Source: an uncultured Pirellulaceae bacterium
GTDB taxonomy: Bacteria; Planctomycetota; Planctomycetia; Pirellulales; Pirellulaceae
NCBI GenBank assembly: GCA_964567745.1
Contig: CAZMNY010000011.1
Span: 70,159 to 134,158 of the forward strand
Direction of reading: 5' to 3'
DNA length: 64,000 nt
In this document: in pieces, positions 29,245 to 39,917 of the stretch
Position numbering within the stretch: the stretch's first letter is position 1
How the letters are laid out: each line of letters opens with the position of its first letter
The notes under the pieces: generated by a model
Seen by the model: only the letters and a program-made list of their open reading frames with translations
Told to the model about the DNA's origin: nothing
The model's database searches: none
Program-made: the position numbers and the translations under genes

Positions 29245-29658
29245 GGCGGGTCCGTATGGTTGGCCGTTGGGCACGCGTCGTGCCGTTCGGTAAATGTCAG
29301 GCTGGATTAGTCTCACCGGCAGCGAATTGCGACTGGCCGGGATAGAGAGGGGAGGCGAGAGGGTGCCGTTAGAGTCATCGGCATCCGATCAGGCGCCAAT
29401 GCGCATTGCATTCCGAGAAACCGCCACAACCCTACCCGTTGGCCGACAAGCTGAGTAAAAATTGCCGATTATTGTGATAAAGCGGGCAGACTCTCGCTTA
29501 GTCGCCAATTCGTTCAGCGAACGAGAAGCTCGTTAGGGGGCGTGGTGAAGTTGCCCCGAAGGGCCTTTCGGGGCAAGACTCACGTCAAGATTCACGTCAA
29601 GATTTACGAGCCGAAAACACGCATCGTGACGCTAGACGATCACCGAGCCCGTTGCGGT

Positions 29659-30360
29659 TTAATAGAACCAGCTTGTGAATCGAGCCGTGACGGATCGCTG
29701 AGGTCGGTTCGGCTCTCGGCCTTGGGCGAATTCTCTCCAGGAAGCGACGTCATTGCCATAGTCTCGGCCGGAGACTTGGCTCAATGACTTCATGGCGCGC
29801 AATTGCAGCGCGGGATCACGATCATTCAGGGCTTCACCGAGTGCTTTGATGGCGACGGGAGCGTGCTCTCGAAAGTCGGCGAGCGCGCGGACAGCGGTGA
29901 TTCGAACGTCGACGTCGGTATCTGTCTTGGCGATAGTGGCTAGTGATTCGGCCGAATTCGCGTCGCCTCGGATTCCCCACGCTTCGCATGCGGCAACACG
30001 CACCTCGGGATCTTCATCGGCGCTGGCCATGTCGAGTCCGTAGGACGCGCCCGGCAACGGAATCGCGGCCAAGGCTTTGACGCTCTGCGCGCGCAGCAAG
30101 GGAGTGGTCGCATCGTCGCGTATTAACGCATTGAGCTGGTTGACTCGAAATTCTTGCTCGGCCGCGGGCAGACGAGCTCCCTCGGACTGAATCGTCTTCA
30201 ACTCAGCGATCTGTTCGTGAAACGTTGGCCCAAAACTGAGATCCTGACGCCATTGCTGGCGCTGGTACGGGTTCATCGAATCGAGTTCCGGCAAAGTGCC
30301 GTCGGCACAGCCGCTCAGGCAAGGAACGACGACCAGGCAAAGAAGGCAAATGTGCTTCAT
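29659..30360 (-). CDS. HEAT/PBS-lyase-repeat lipoprotein
   Basis: ATG at 30360 gives MKHICLLCLVVVPCLSGC (lipobox). HEAT-like repeats (DEDPEVRVAACEAWG, TDVDVRITAVRALADF). Confidence 0.65.
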   Translation of the reverse strand: MKHICLLCLVVVPCLSGCADGTLPELDSMNPYQRQQWRQDLSFGPTFHEQIAELKTIQSEGARLPAAEQEFRVNQLNALIRDDATTPLLRAQSVKALAAIPLPGASYGLDMASADEDPEVRVAACEAWGIRGDANSAESLATIAKTDTDVDVRITAVRALADFREHAPVAIKALGEALNDRDPALQLRAMKSLSQVSGRDYGNDVASWREFAQGREPNRPQRSVTARFTSWFY

Positions 30361-30696
30361 TGGAGACCCAAGTTTGACATCCATGTCGGTTGATTGGTCG
30401 GAATAGATTGGCCGGTATTGATTGGAACGGGCGGCGGGATGTTAGCAAAACGCCTCCCAGGCCGCCAGACGAACCAAAAGACCGTATGAATCCTCGCAAC
30501 ATTTGTTACGATATCGGCTTAGGGTTGGTTCGTGTTTCGCGTAGAACAGCCCCTTTTGAATGTTTCTTGAATTCCGCTCGGAGATTCGGAAAACGCCTCG
30601 CGCGTTGAACCTCAGCCACATTTCGCGCCCAATGGCCGCGGAGCGTCCGCCCTAAACTGACCACGCCCACACCCGTGCTCCAAGAGGAAGACCGAA

Positions 30697-31209
30697 GTGC
30701 CCGATCCCCAAAAACACGCCGATAGTCGAGGCTATATCGAGTCGTTTCTGCGGTACATTCCTGGATTTCGCGGATACTTGGAAAAAGATTTCCGCCAAGA
30801 GAGCGACTATCTGATTCGGACCCATATGGCCGACAAAATTCGAGACTCCAAGCGGGGGCTCGATGACTACATGAGGGCGATGGTCGAGCAAGCTCAAATC
30901 GATGCGATGCCGATACTCGAGCGGGTTCGCACCAGGCTCGATAAATTCGAATCGACTATCCGATCGCAAGTACGCGGATACAGCGGGTTCTTTGATTTCG
31001 TCACCGTCAACACCGATCTATTGGATCAAGTCTACCAACACGATCTCGCCATGGTTGACCAAGTTGAAGGCCTGACCAAAGACCTCAACTCACTCGCCGC
31101 GAAGAACGACACGCCAAGCGTTGTCGCCAACGACTTGCTGTCCAAAATTGATGACGCGGAGAAACGATTCGCCAAGCGAGGCGAGATGTTACAAGGCCTC
31201 GGCGACTGA
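30697..31209 (+). CDS. Hypothetical coiled-coil protein, first gene of a two-gene operon with the SPFH protein
   Basis: GTG at 30697 with AGGAAG RBS. 170 aa, no recognisable domain. 82-bp gap to the next same-strand gene. Confidence 0.5.
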   Translation: MPDPQKHADSRGYIESFLRYIPGFRGYLEKDFRQESDYLIRTHMADKIRDSKRGLDDYMRAMVEQAQIDAMPILERVRTRLDKFESTIRSQVRGYSGFFDFVTVNTDLLDQVYQHDLAMVDQVEGLTKDLNSLAAKNDTPSVVANDLLSKIDDAEKRFAKRGEMLQGLGD

Positions 31210-31291
31210 TACGAACACGATTGCCACCTCGACGCGAGTTCACGCTTTCGGGGATCAATTTCCGGCACACATTAAGAGGAAGCACCACCCC

Positions 31292-32710
31292 ATGGGAATT
31301 CAGTTAGAAGTCCTTGAGTATTTTGACGAATCGAACCGTTCGCTGGTCCATCGGATCCCGCCTCAAGGCTCCGCCGATATCAAGTTCGGCGCGCAGCTCA
31401 TCGTGCAAGAGAGTCAAGAGGCGATGTTCTTTCGCGACGGCAAAGCGATGGACAGCTTCGGACCGGGCCGCTACACGCTGACCACAGCCAACGTCCCGAT
31501 ACTGACTCGGATTCTGACGATCCCTTGGCAGAAGTCTCCCTTCACCGCTCAGGTCTACTACATTGGCAAGCAGACGTTCCTCGACCAAAAATGGGGAACT
31601 CGCCAGCCGATCACGGTGAGGGATAAAGATTTTGGCATCGTGCGGTTGCGAAGCTTTGGTAAATACTCGTTCCGAGTCGCCGATGCCAGTTTGCTTGTTA
31701 ACACGCTCGTCGGTACGCAGGGCAAATATACGACCGACGAAGTTTCTTCATTCCTCAAGGATCTCATCGTATCGCGGCTGACCGATCTGCTCGGCACCCT
31801 CAACATCCCGATGCTGGACCTGCCGGCCAAGTTCGACGAGATTGCCGCCGCGACTCGGGTCAAAGTCAGCGAAGAGTTTGGCAAATACGGCCTCGAATTG
31901 GTCGACTTTTTTATCAACTCCATTACGCCTCCCGAGGAGGTTCAGAAGGCAATCGACACGCGTTCGAGCATGGGGGCGATTGGCGACTTGCAAGCCTTCA
32001 CGATGTACCAGGCCGCGAACAGCATGGCCAAAATGGCGGAGCAGGGGGGCGGCACAGGCGGCAACGCGATGGGGATGGGAATGGGCGCCGGCTTCGGCAT
32101 GATGATGCCTGGGATGATTCAGCAGGCAATGGTGCCTGGTCAACAGGCCGCTCAACAGGCCCCTCAACAAGTCCCTCAACAAGCGCAACAGCAGGCGGCC
32201 CCGCCTCAACAGGCCGCTCCGCCACAAGCGGCAGCCGGCGCCGCGGGCGCAGCAGCAGCCGCAACGGGGGCTGGGATGGACTTTGGTAACTTGCAGCCCG
32301 TGTCCGTCGACCCCAAAGCGATCGTCAAAAGCGTCTGCGAATCTTCGAATTGGAAAGTCCAGGAAGACGGTGATACGTGGCACGTCACCATGCCAATCGG
32401 CTCGCTTCGCAAACAGACGGTCCAAGTGCAGTTTGGAGGCAAGGACACCGAGGGCCAAAACATTATTTCGTACACCTCGAAGTGCGGGCCGGCAGCCGAA
32501 CAAAACGCGATGACTCTGTTGCGCTACAACATGCAAATGGTGCACGGAGCGTTCGCGATCCAAGGTTCGGACTCAGGCGAGTTCTTGGTGGTCCAAGCCA
32601 ATCAACTCTCCGATACCGCCGACATCATGGAAGTAACTCGGCTGATCACCGCCGTTGCGTGGCAGGCCGATAAAGTCGAAGAACGCCTCATGGGCGGAGA
32701 CGAATTCTAA
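31292..32710 (+). CDS. SPFH/Band-7-like (COG4260 virion-core-protein-type) domain protein with Gln/Ala/Pro-rich linker and C-terminal YbjN-like domain (tentative)
   Basis: ATG at 31292 with AAGAGGAAG RBS; [51 protein letters not shown]... Low-complexity [37 protein letters not shown]. Globular C-terminal roughly 130 aa. Confidence 0.65.
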   Translation: MGIQLEVLEYFDESNRSLVHRIPPQGSADIKFGAQLIVQESQEAMFFRDGKAMDSFGPGRYTLTTANVPILTRILTIPWQKSPFTAQVYYIGKQTFLDQKWGTRQPITVRDKDFGIVRLRSFGKYSFRVADASLLVNTLVGTQGKYTTDEVSSFLKDLIVSRLTDLLGTLNIPMLDLPAKFDEIAAATRVKVSEEFGKYGLELVDFFINSITPPEEVQKAIDTRSSMGAIGDLQAFTMYQAANSMAKMAEQGGGTGGNAMGMGMGAGFGMMMPGMIQQAMVPGQQAAQQAPQQVPQQAQQQAAPPQQAAPPQAAAGAAGAAAAATGAGMDFGNLQPVSVDPKAIVKSVCESSNWKVQEDGDTWHVTMPIGSLRKQTVQVQFGGKDTEGQNIISYTSKCGPAAEQNAMTLLRYNMQMVHGAFAIQGSDSGEFLVVQANQLSDTADIMEVTRLITAVAWQADKVEERLMGGDEF

Positions 32711-32809
32711 ACATCCCACCGCGGCGACTAAGCCCGTTCCCACCCTGCGACGTGAACTAGAGGGACTCCGACGAGCTGTTTCAGCCACTTGCTCGCTGAC
32801 CAGAAGTTG

Positions 32810-33817
32810 ATGAGTATGCTCTCGATAATGTTCGGCGTCGGCATGGTGTTGATGGCCGAACGCCGTGTTGAGCGAGGCAAATGAGCGGCCGGGCTGCACT
32901 ATCGACGGATGTTCTGGCTGCTTCTGATCGGCTTACTTCATGGGCATCTGATTTGGTACGGGGACATCCTTGTCGTCTATGCCATGTGCGGCATGATTCT
33001 CTACCCGTGCCGCTTCCTGCCAGGATGGGCCGCGTTGTTGCTGGCGATTGTTATTATCGGAATCGGCTCAGCTATCAGCCTCGGCATCGGACAATTGATT
33101 CTCCACTTGGAGCCGGAACACACGGCGGAAATGGCCTCGAATTGGCAACCCAACACAGAGGCGATCACCAAGGAACTCGCTATCTATCGAGGGAGCTACC
33201 TCGAGCAGGCGAGTAGCCGCAGTGCGACGGCGCTGATGATCGAGACCTTCTTGTTTGTCATTCTTTTCTTCTGGCGCGCCGGTGGAATGATGCTTCTCGG
33301 CATGGCGCTCTACAAGTTCGGATTTTTTAAGGCCAGCGCAAAGCCGGTCGTGCTGACTGCAATGGTCGTCATCGGGTTTACTGCCGGGTGGGGCCTCAGC
33401 GGTTGGGGAGTCGTACAAAATGAGGCCGGAGAATGGTCATTTAACTACTCGCAGCTGATCCGCTCGCAGTTCAACTACTGGGGCAGCCTCTTCAGTTCCT
33501 TGGCCATGATGGCCGTCATCGTCTTGATCGGCCGGAACGGATGGCTGACCCGGTTGTCGAACCGATTGGCGTCGGTTGGACGAATGGCGCTGACGAATTA
33601 TCTGCTGCAGTCGATTGTTTGCACCTTGATCTTCTACGGCCATGGACTCGGTTACTTCGGGTACGCGTCGCGGGTCGAGCAGATATTGTTGGTCGCTGCG
33701 ATCTGGGCCGCCCAACTGTTGCTCACACCAATTTGGCTCAGACGATTTCGCTTCGGGCCAGTCGAGTGGGCTTGGCGATCGCTCAGCTACTGGCGCCGGC
33801 AACCGCAGCGCATTTGA
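32810..33817 (+). pseudogene. DUF418 (YeiB-like) membrane protein gene, N-terminally truncated and interrupted by an in-frame TGA (32882..32884); 302-aa ORF from ATG 32909 remains intact
   Basis: MSMLSIMFGVGMVLMAERRVERGK-TGA-AAGLHYRRMFWLLLIGLLHGHLIWYGDIL is one frame and aligns to E. coli YeiB from about residue 70 (FGAGLQML...FWDGDIL). C-terminal RMALTNYLLQS...FYGHGLG...GPVEWAWRSL signature is present. Only 100 bp separate it from the upstream gene, so the first roughly 65 residues are absent. Confidence 0.6.
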
Positions 33818-34396
33818 TCGCCGCAATCTACTCACGCCTGAATCCTGTCTCGAGCGATCCGGGGGTGATGATGGTGTGGCGCGATCGTCGGCTCCGGCCT
33901 CGGATAAAAGCCAGTTATGGTATGGGTGATGTACGTGTCAAAATGTGCGCAAAAATCGCAAAATGCGCTCTTACCCGTTGTTGCCTAAATCGACCAGCTG
34001 TCCTCTATTGTTGGCACGCCCAGCGGACGAATTGGGTGAGGTAGCACTAGGCGGCCTGCGGCACCAGCCTAGTTCGAGTTGACTTGCTCAACGCAATCTT
34101 CTTGGCCTCAAAGACAAGGAATGTCATTCCAACACGGATGTGATATCGACGCGGGCGGACGCCGTACCCCACCTACGTTTTTCCTTCCCGCATTACTGCA
34201 CCGGAAGGACGCGTACTTCAACAGCGTCGAATTGTCTGACGGCAGTTCTTGTTGGTGCCACCGGTGTCGTTTTTTGTCGCTCCGTTGGTGTCGCCGCGAG
34301 TTGAGATGAGTGAATTCGATTTGATTCCTGGGGCGGATATTTGAACCAGTTTTTTGGACAGAGTTTTTCGCAACCACTAGAACAGGAACCGTATTG

Positions 34397-35407
34397 ATGA
34401 ACCCCAGAATGCTGGCGCATGGATTATGGATTTGCCTCGCAGTCGCCGCCTGCCCCGCTTTCGCTGACGATCCCACGACAGCGCCGACCGACAAGAAAGC
34501 CGCAACCGAAAAAGCGGATCAAACGAAGAAGGCTGTTGATTCCGACGCCAAGAAGAAGCAAGTCAAAAAGGCGCCGGTCAAAAAAGACCTCACACTCAAA
34601 ACACAGATGACGGCTGCCTTGAAGCAACTTGCTCCCATTCTCAAGGGCAAGAAAATCATGGCTGCAGCAGTGCCTCATTACGCCAATAGCGACCAACACT
34701 GGCCAGCCGCACCGGCCGTACTCGACCAACTGCTCAACCAGTTGGTGGAAAACAAATACGAAGTTCCTGCACGCGTGGAGCATCTAATTTTAGGTGAAGA
34801 TGCGACGCCGCCGAAGGAATTGATCGACGATCTGCAAAGCCAGTTTCCATTTGACCTGTTGGTCACGGCCGACTATCAGAGAAGCGATACTGAGATCGGC
34901 GTTTCTCTTCGCGTGTTTGACGCGAAGACTCAGAAACTCGTCAAGCGTCAAGTTATCAGTCTCGGCAATGACGTCGAAAACCTCGGCTACGCCGAGAACC
35001 GTAAAGTGTGGGAATACTGCCACAAGATGAAGGGCTACATGGTCGGCAATGGCGAGTGCTGGACATTGGCCGCATCGGCGCTTGTTGAGTCCGACGCACA
35101 GCATCCTTACTCGTATCAGTACGGTCGTCCGATCGCGATGGATGACCTGCTTGTTCCGGGCGACCTTTTTCAGCTCGAAGGTGTAAGTATCCAAGGTCCT
35201 GACGGATTCCCGATTGGGATGGGGCACCATACGGCGATCGTCCACAAAGTCTTGGGCGGCGGCGTCATCGAGCTGATCCACCAGAACGGTCCGCCACTCG
35301 GACGTTACGTCTGCTTGTTGCAGGTCAACATCTACACGCAGCAGGGCGGCACCATCGCTCCCTACCGCCCGATTCCCGTGGAAACCGAACCGGCAACGGA
35401 AAACTAA
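34397..35407 (+). CDS. Secreted Lys-rich protein with C-terminal papain-like (CHAP/NlpC-P60/transglutaminase-like) putative cysteine peptidase domain
   Basis: Signal MMNPRMLAHGLWICLAVAACPAFA. Candidate catalytic Cys in GNGECWTLAASAL and His in GMGHHTAIVHK. Assignment is tentative. Confidence 0.5.
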   Translation: MNPRMLAHGLWICLAVAACPAFADDPTTAPTDKKAATEKADQTKKAVDSDAKKKQVKKAPVKKDLTLKTQMTAALKQLAPILKGKKIMAAAVPHYANSDQHWPAAPAVLDQLLNQLVENKYEVPARVEHLILGEDATPPKELIDDLQSQFPFDLLVTADYQRSDTEIGVSLRVFDAKTQKLVKRQVISLGNDVENLGYAENRKVWEYCHKMKGYMVGNGECWTLAASALVESDAQHPYSYQYGRPIAMDDLLVPGDLFQLEGVSIQGPDGFPIGMGHHTAIVHKVLGGGVIELIHQNGPPLGRYVCLLQVNIYTQQGGTIAPYRPIPVETEPATEN

Positions 35408-35687
35408 GCGTCGATCACCAACGGCCTGCCGCCTTCGGCGGGTGTTGCAAGGCCGTCGATTCGCAATCCGACGGGAGCTCCAAACTGGCTTTGGAGCTCC
35501 CGTTTTTCATGCGCGTGTCGCCTTGTTACTGGTGTATCGGCGACAAATCTGATCCTGCGGGATCGTCCAGTCATATCGGTCGCACTTGTGGCGGCCCGTC
35601 CCATGGCGAAGCGGCTCATCAACTGCCGAAGAGAAGAATGATGAAGTCTCGTAATAGGCTCGCAGGTTGTTCTTAGGCAGTCCACGC

Positions 35688-36425
35688 ATGTTCAAATTCA
35701 TGACGCGAAAACTTGCACTCACTCTCCTTCTGGGCATGGCGTTAGGGCTTCCGTACCTAATCCAAACCGGCAAACTCAGCGACATCGGAAATCTCGCCCA
35801 GTGGACCCAAGGCGACTCGAGCGACGGCCAGTCAACAGGCGACGTGGCGATAGGCAGCCTGCTGTCGATTAGCGGCGCCGGTCAAGCAGAAGGCGGCGCG
35901 GCAGACTCACAACCCGGCGCGATGTTGTCGGGTCCAGAAGTGGGTGACATGCGCACGGTCTTCCGTTTCTCTGCGACGCCCGAGTGGATCATGCAGCACT
36001 GGTCCCGCGTCTCGGTTCTCGAAATCGACTCGATGCGAGCTTTCCGCGTACCTGTGGTTACCGGCATGCAGTTAAACGACGTCGCTGGTTCGCTGACGTA
36101 TTGCTTTGACGAGAAGAATCGTTTGCAGCGGATCAGCTTTCGCGGTGCCACGGGCGATCCTCGTCAACTTGAACAGCTGGTGACAACGTCGTTCGGACTG
36201 AAGCCACAGGATTCAAGAAGCGCTGGTCTCTATTTGGCTCGTTGGAACGGGTTGCCGACAAGCTTTCTGAAGATCGAAAACGCCGGCGTCGTCCGAGCCG
36301 ACTCGCCTTATTCTCGCTTCGCCGTTCGCATGGAAATCAATCGCCCCCGGACGCATCTCAAAGTGGGCCAGGAACTCGAACAGATCGCTTCCCGCCTGAA
36401 GGAAGACACAACCTGGCGGTGGTAG
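35688..36425 (+). CDS. Secreted hypothetical protein
   Basis: ATG at 35688 gives MFKFMTRKLALTLLLGMALGLPYL signal. No recognisable domain. Confidence 0.55.
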   Translation: MFKFMTRKLALTLLLGMALGLPYLIQTGKLSDIGNLAQWTQGDSSDGQSTGDVAIGSLLSISGAGQAEGGAADSQPGAMLSGPEVGDMRTVFRFSATPEWIMQHWSRVSVLEIDSMRAFRVPVVTGMQLNDVAGSLTYCFDEKNRLQRISFRGATGDPRQLEQLVTTSFGLKPQDSRSAGLYLARWNGLPTSFLKIENAGVVRADSPYSRFAVRMEINRPRTHLKVGQELEQIASRLKEDTTWRW

Positions 36426-36473
36426 ATCACCGCGCCTCGTCGTGTTCCTCTTCTACTCGACCGCCCCTGCGTA

Positions 36474-36515
36474 CGATCCTGTCCAAAACAAGAACGAAAG
36501 TAAAGGACAGGATCG
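36474..36515. terminator. Perfect 11-bp stem / 20-nt loop hairpin between convergent genes
   Basis: cgatcctgtcc (36474-84) and ggacaggatcg (36505-15) are reverse complements. Confidence 0.45.
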
Positions 36516-36711
36516 ACATGATAAGCCGGAGGGAAGGAAAGGCAGGAGGGGAATATCGAATATCGAATAAGGAATGATGAAGGGCTGGAGGTAAGAATCC
36601 AAGACCAACTTGGCGACGCACTCGTTGGCCAAGGGGCAACCTCACCGTAGCCTGGGGTAACATCCGGGGAAGTGGATAAGAATCCGTCTCCTCGCCCTCA
36701 TTCTTTCGAGC

Positions 36712-37119
36712 CTAGCTAAACTCGGGCGGGCCGAATGTGTCGAGCGATGATAGTGAAACGCCCAACAGCGATGCGGCGTATTCCTCATCGCTGAAGTACG
36801 CGTCTCGCTCGTTGGCTGTATCGATGTTGAGCCCGGTCATCATCTTCTCGGCCTTTTCGAGTGGATACTTCCGCTCAACCTGATGGAGGAAATGGCGGAA
36901 ATCCGGGTCGTCGAGCGCGTCGCTGATCGTCGGCCAGCGACGCATCATATGGTTGCGATTCAGTTCGAGCATCTTGGCGCGACAGGCGGCGCTGATTCTG
37001 TGCAATTTCAGTTGGTACGCCACGATGGCCGCCATCAAGAGCAGGCGGACCTGAGCCATAGGACGAAGGCGATGCGAGGCGGCGCGGGCCAAATGCAAAT
37101 AGATGGCCAGCTGCGTCAT
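36712..37119 (-). CDS. Hypothetical protein (135 aa), downstream partner of the PDZ protein gene
   Basis: ATG at 37119. 58 bp after the upstream same-strand gene. Confidence 0.5.
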   Translation of the reverse strand: MTQLAIYLHLARAASHRLRPMAQVRLLLMAAIVAYQLKLHRISAACRAKMLELNRNHMMRRWPTISDALDDPDFRHFLHQVERKYPLEKAEKMMTGLNIDTANERDAYFSDEEYAASLLGVSLSSLDTFGPPEFS

Positions 37120-37177
37120 GATTCGCCTTCTTCACTTGATTGGTGGACGCCGTCGATGGCCGCTGACAGTGGATTCG

Positions 37178-38398
37178 CTATGTATCCGACTTGGGCGGAG
37201 TCAGCTCGGGCTGCCCGGGTGCGGCATTCGGTGGCTTGATTTCAAGCTGCGGTTCTTGGGGCGGGAGCGGCAGTTTTGGTGCCGGCAAGTCCTCGACTTT
37301 GGGACCCGATTTTTCGACAGGAGTTGCGCCTTCGAGCCGCGCGACTCGTTCTTCAAGTCGCGCGATCGTCTCTTGCAATCGTCGAATCTGCTCGCTGAGC
37401 ATGGCGACTTCGTCGCTTCCCAACCGTAGCCCATCGGGGCTCACGCCAGGCACCGCCCCAGCTTCGGGCGGAAACGGAGTCGGCGGAAGCGGATGGGGGC
37501 CGGCCAGCGGCACCGGGTCTTTACCGACGACGTCGTCGAGCAACCTGCCGAGTGCGCCGAGGACGGGACGTCGGCCGCCATCCCCCAAACGATTCTCCAT
37601 TCCGCTGGGTGTCTCCGGAGCTTGAGCCATCACCGTCACGTCTCGCAATTGAAGAACCGTTCCTTCGTAGAGCGACAGCTGCAGTCTTTGACCGATCCGC
37701 GCCGAACTGACGATGGCAATGAGATCCTCCGGCCTTTGCACTCGACGTCCATCGACGGCGATGACGACCGAACCGGCTCGAACGCCTGCGCGTGCCGCGC
37801 CCGATCCGGGCACCACGCTGGAGACCAACGCGCCCTGCCTGACTCTAAGCCCGTGGGTGACTCTTGCCGATTCGGTGACTGGAACAACGGAGACGCCCAA
37901 CGATCCTTTCGCAGCTGATGCGGTGCTGGTATCCGCTGGCGGCACCGTCGGCGAAGCAGGGGCTGCGCCTCCAGCGACCTGGCCAATTCGCATGGTCGTG
38001 GAAATTGAGGTGCGTAAACGCCGCAGTCGAATCGGTACGGTCTGTCCCACGCGAACGCCCGCCACAGCTCGCGAAAGCGTCGCCAGCCCAGCCACTCGCG
38101 TTGTGTCGAATCGAGTGATCACGTCGCCGACGCGAATCCCCGCCAGTTCTGCGGGACCGCCTCGATCGACCGATAACACTTCCACTCCGCCGTCGATGCT
38201 CGTATCTCCTCGAAAACCGAGATACGGCTGTTCGACTCCGCGGGCCGATCTCGCTTCGGTCCCGCCGCCAAGCAATCTCTGTTCAAGGCGTTCCAAGGCC
38301 GACTGTGCGAAGCCCGATGTGGCGACGCCGAGCCACAACGCGATCGACCAACGGATCGACTGCCAGATTGGTTGCCCCAACGTCATCGCCTTGTTCAT
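37178..38398 (-). CDS. Secreted protein with two PDZ domains and a Pro-rich coiled-coil C-terminus
   Basis: Signal MNKAMTLGQPIWQSIRWSIALWLGVATSGFAQ. PDZ-like GVEVLSVDRGGPAELAGIRVGDVITRFD and GALVSSVVPGSGAARAGVRAGSVVIAVDGRRV. Confidence 0.7.
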   Translation of the reverse strand: MNKAMTLGQPIWQSIRWSIALWLGVATSGFAQSALERLEQRLLGGGTEARSARGVEQPYLGFRGDTSIDGGVEVLSVDRGGPAELAGIRVGDVITRFDTTRVAGLATLSRAVAGVRVGQTVPIRLRRLRTSISTTMRIGQVAGGAAPASPTVPPADTSTASAAKGSLGVSVVPVTESARVTHGLRVRQGALVSSVVPGSGAARAGVRAGSVVIAVDGRRVQRPEDLIAIVSSARIGQRLQLSLYEGTVLQLRDVTVMAQAPETPSGMENRLGDGGRRPVLGALGRLLDDVVGKDPVPLAGPHPLPPTPFPPEAGAVPGVSPDGLRLGSDEVAMLSEQIRRLQETIARLEERVARLEGATPVEKSGPKVEDLPAPKLPLPPQEPQLEIKPPNAAPGQPELTPPKSDT

Positions 38399-38586
38399 CT
38401 CGGTCTCCTTGCCACGCTCGACGCTCGAATTCAGATTCGTCCGTACTTGGCCTTCCGAACATTATGGCAATTATAGGCGTAGGTTGGCCAACTCGGCGAG
38501 CTCGATCGGACCCGCACACCCGGAATTATCACCAGCCCCGCCCAACCTCGTCTGGCCTCACTGCCAAGCTTCGCTATGCTACCTAC

Positions 38587-39498
38587 ATGTCGACAGATGA
38601 TTCGATCAAAATTGAACAACCCAGCGGAGCGTCCTTGATCGCTTGCTTGGGTTTTCTATTCGACCAGATTCCCGTGGCGCAGCGAGCGAAATTGGTTGCC
38701 GAAACGATGCGTCAAGCGGCGCGGCGCGAAATTCTCGTCTTTGCCGCCAAACAGCAAGATCGATTTGTCGCCGCTTGCGCCGCCCAGCTCGCTTCCGGCG
38801 ATCAGGCGTTGGTGCGGCCGCCGCGAATGCAGGGTGATGTCGGGAACGATGCTTTTTCCCGCCTGTGGGCCGAAATGGAGTCTGAACTTTCGGGCCGAGG
38901 CGCAACCTATTTCCAAGTGTCGCTCCCGATGGATGTCGACGTCAACGCCTTCGAGGCGGCCCGTTTTCAGCGAATTGCCCGGCTTTCCTATCTCGAAGCC
39001 GACGTCGCATCGGCAGAACAGCCGACCGGCCAAGATGTCGCTCTGGAAGCGTATTGCGAGTCCGATCGGGAACGACTGGCGAAAGTTATCGAACTGACGT
39101 ACGAGCAATCCCAAGACTGCCCAAACGTCGACGGCATGCGCAGTCTCGATTCGGTCATCGAAGGGTATCGGCAAACTGGGGAATTCCGCGAGGAAAACTG
39201 GTTCTTTGTCGTCTTGGACGGAAAGGACGTAGGTTGCCTGCTGCTTGCCGATCATCCGATAACGGTCCGTTGGGAATTGGTCTACATGGGATTAAACGTC
39301 GAAGTGCGTGGTCGAGGCCTGGGGACTCATCTGGCCGAATTTGCTCGCTGGCGAGTCCAGCAGGGCGGCGGGAAACGCTTGGTGGTCGCTGTCGACTCGA
39401 ACAATTCGCCGGCAATTTCGGCCTACACGCGAGCAGGGTTTGATGGATTTGCCGAGCAACAGGTGTTGGCAAAATCCTCGGCACCAACCGAGTCGTAG
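38587..39498 (+). CDS. GNAT-family N-acetyltransferase with N-terminal domain of unknown function
   Basis: ATG at 38587. C-terminal GNAT motif A: ELVYMGLNVEVRGRGLGTHLAEF. Confidence 0.65.
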   Translation: MSTDDSIKIEQPSGASLIACLGFLFDQIPVAQRAKLVAETMRQAARREILVFAAKQQDRFVAACAAQLASGDQALVRPPRMQGDVGNDAFSRLWAEMESELSGRGATYFQVSLPMDVDVNAFEAARFQRIARLSYLEADVASAEQPTGQDVALEAYCESDRERLAKVIELTYEQSQDCPNVDGMRSLDSVIEGYRQTGEFREENWFFVVLDGKDVGCLLLADHPITVRWELVYMGLNVEVRGRGLGTHLAEFARWRVQQGGGKRLVVAVDSNNSPAISAYTRAGFDGFAEQQVLAKSSAPTES

Positions 39499-39917
39499 CA
39501 AGCTCAATCGCCGTAGTGATTTGCGGCGATCGGCGAATTGTGTTCGCGGCGGAGGTCCCTTTGAGGCGACAGGTTTTCCACCGTCGAGACAGAATGAAAT
39601 CGGACGGAACTGGCAAAATATTCGGCGGGCCTTATTCTGCTTTTTCCGTACTTTCCGACCGGTGACTCGCATTGCTTCCAAAAAAAGAAGGCAACGCTCA
39701 ACTGAGAGGTTTGACACCTCTGCTAGCAGCCTTACAATCGGGCCTCGGTAACGGACTCGATTTTCAACGCGGCGCATCGGCGTCGCCTTATCTAGCATCG
39801 TGGCGTTCGTGGCGGCAAGTGGCGCCTTCCACTTATTGACGGAATTGGTGCAAACCACCCCACCCACTGGCGTTCGCGGTATGCGCATGGGATGCGTCCA
39901 ACGTGACCAGGGACGAT

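Noticed and set aside
29581-29604. 12-bp tandem duplication cacgtcaagatt x2 and neighbouring 10-bp stem hairpin (29551..29576) considered as a CRISPR-like or regulatory repeat
   Set aside because: Only two units, no spacer structure. Most simply a terminator region downstream of the HEAT lipoprotein gene.
39499-39917. Possible oriC next to the DnaA-family gene
   Set aside because: Only scattered 7/9 matches to the DnaA box (e.g. ttttccacc). No cluster, no AT-rich unwinding element.
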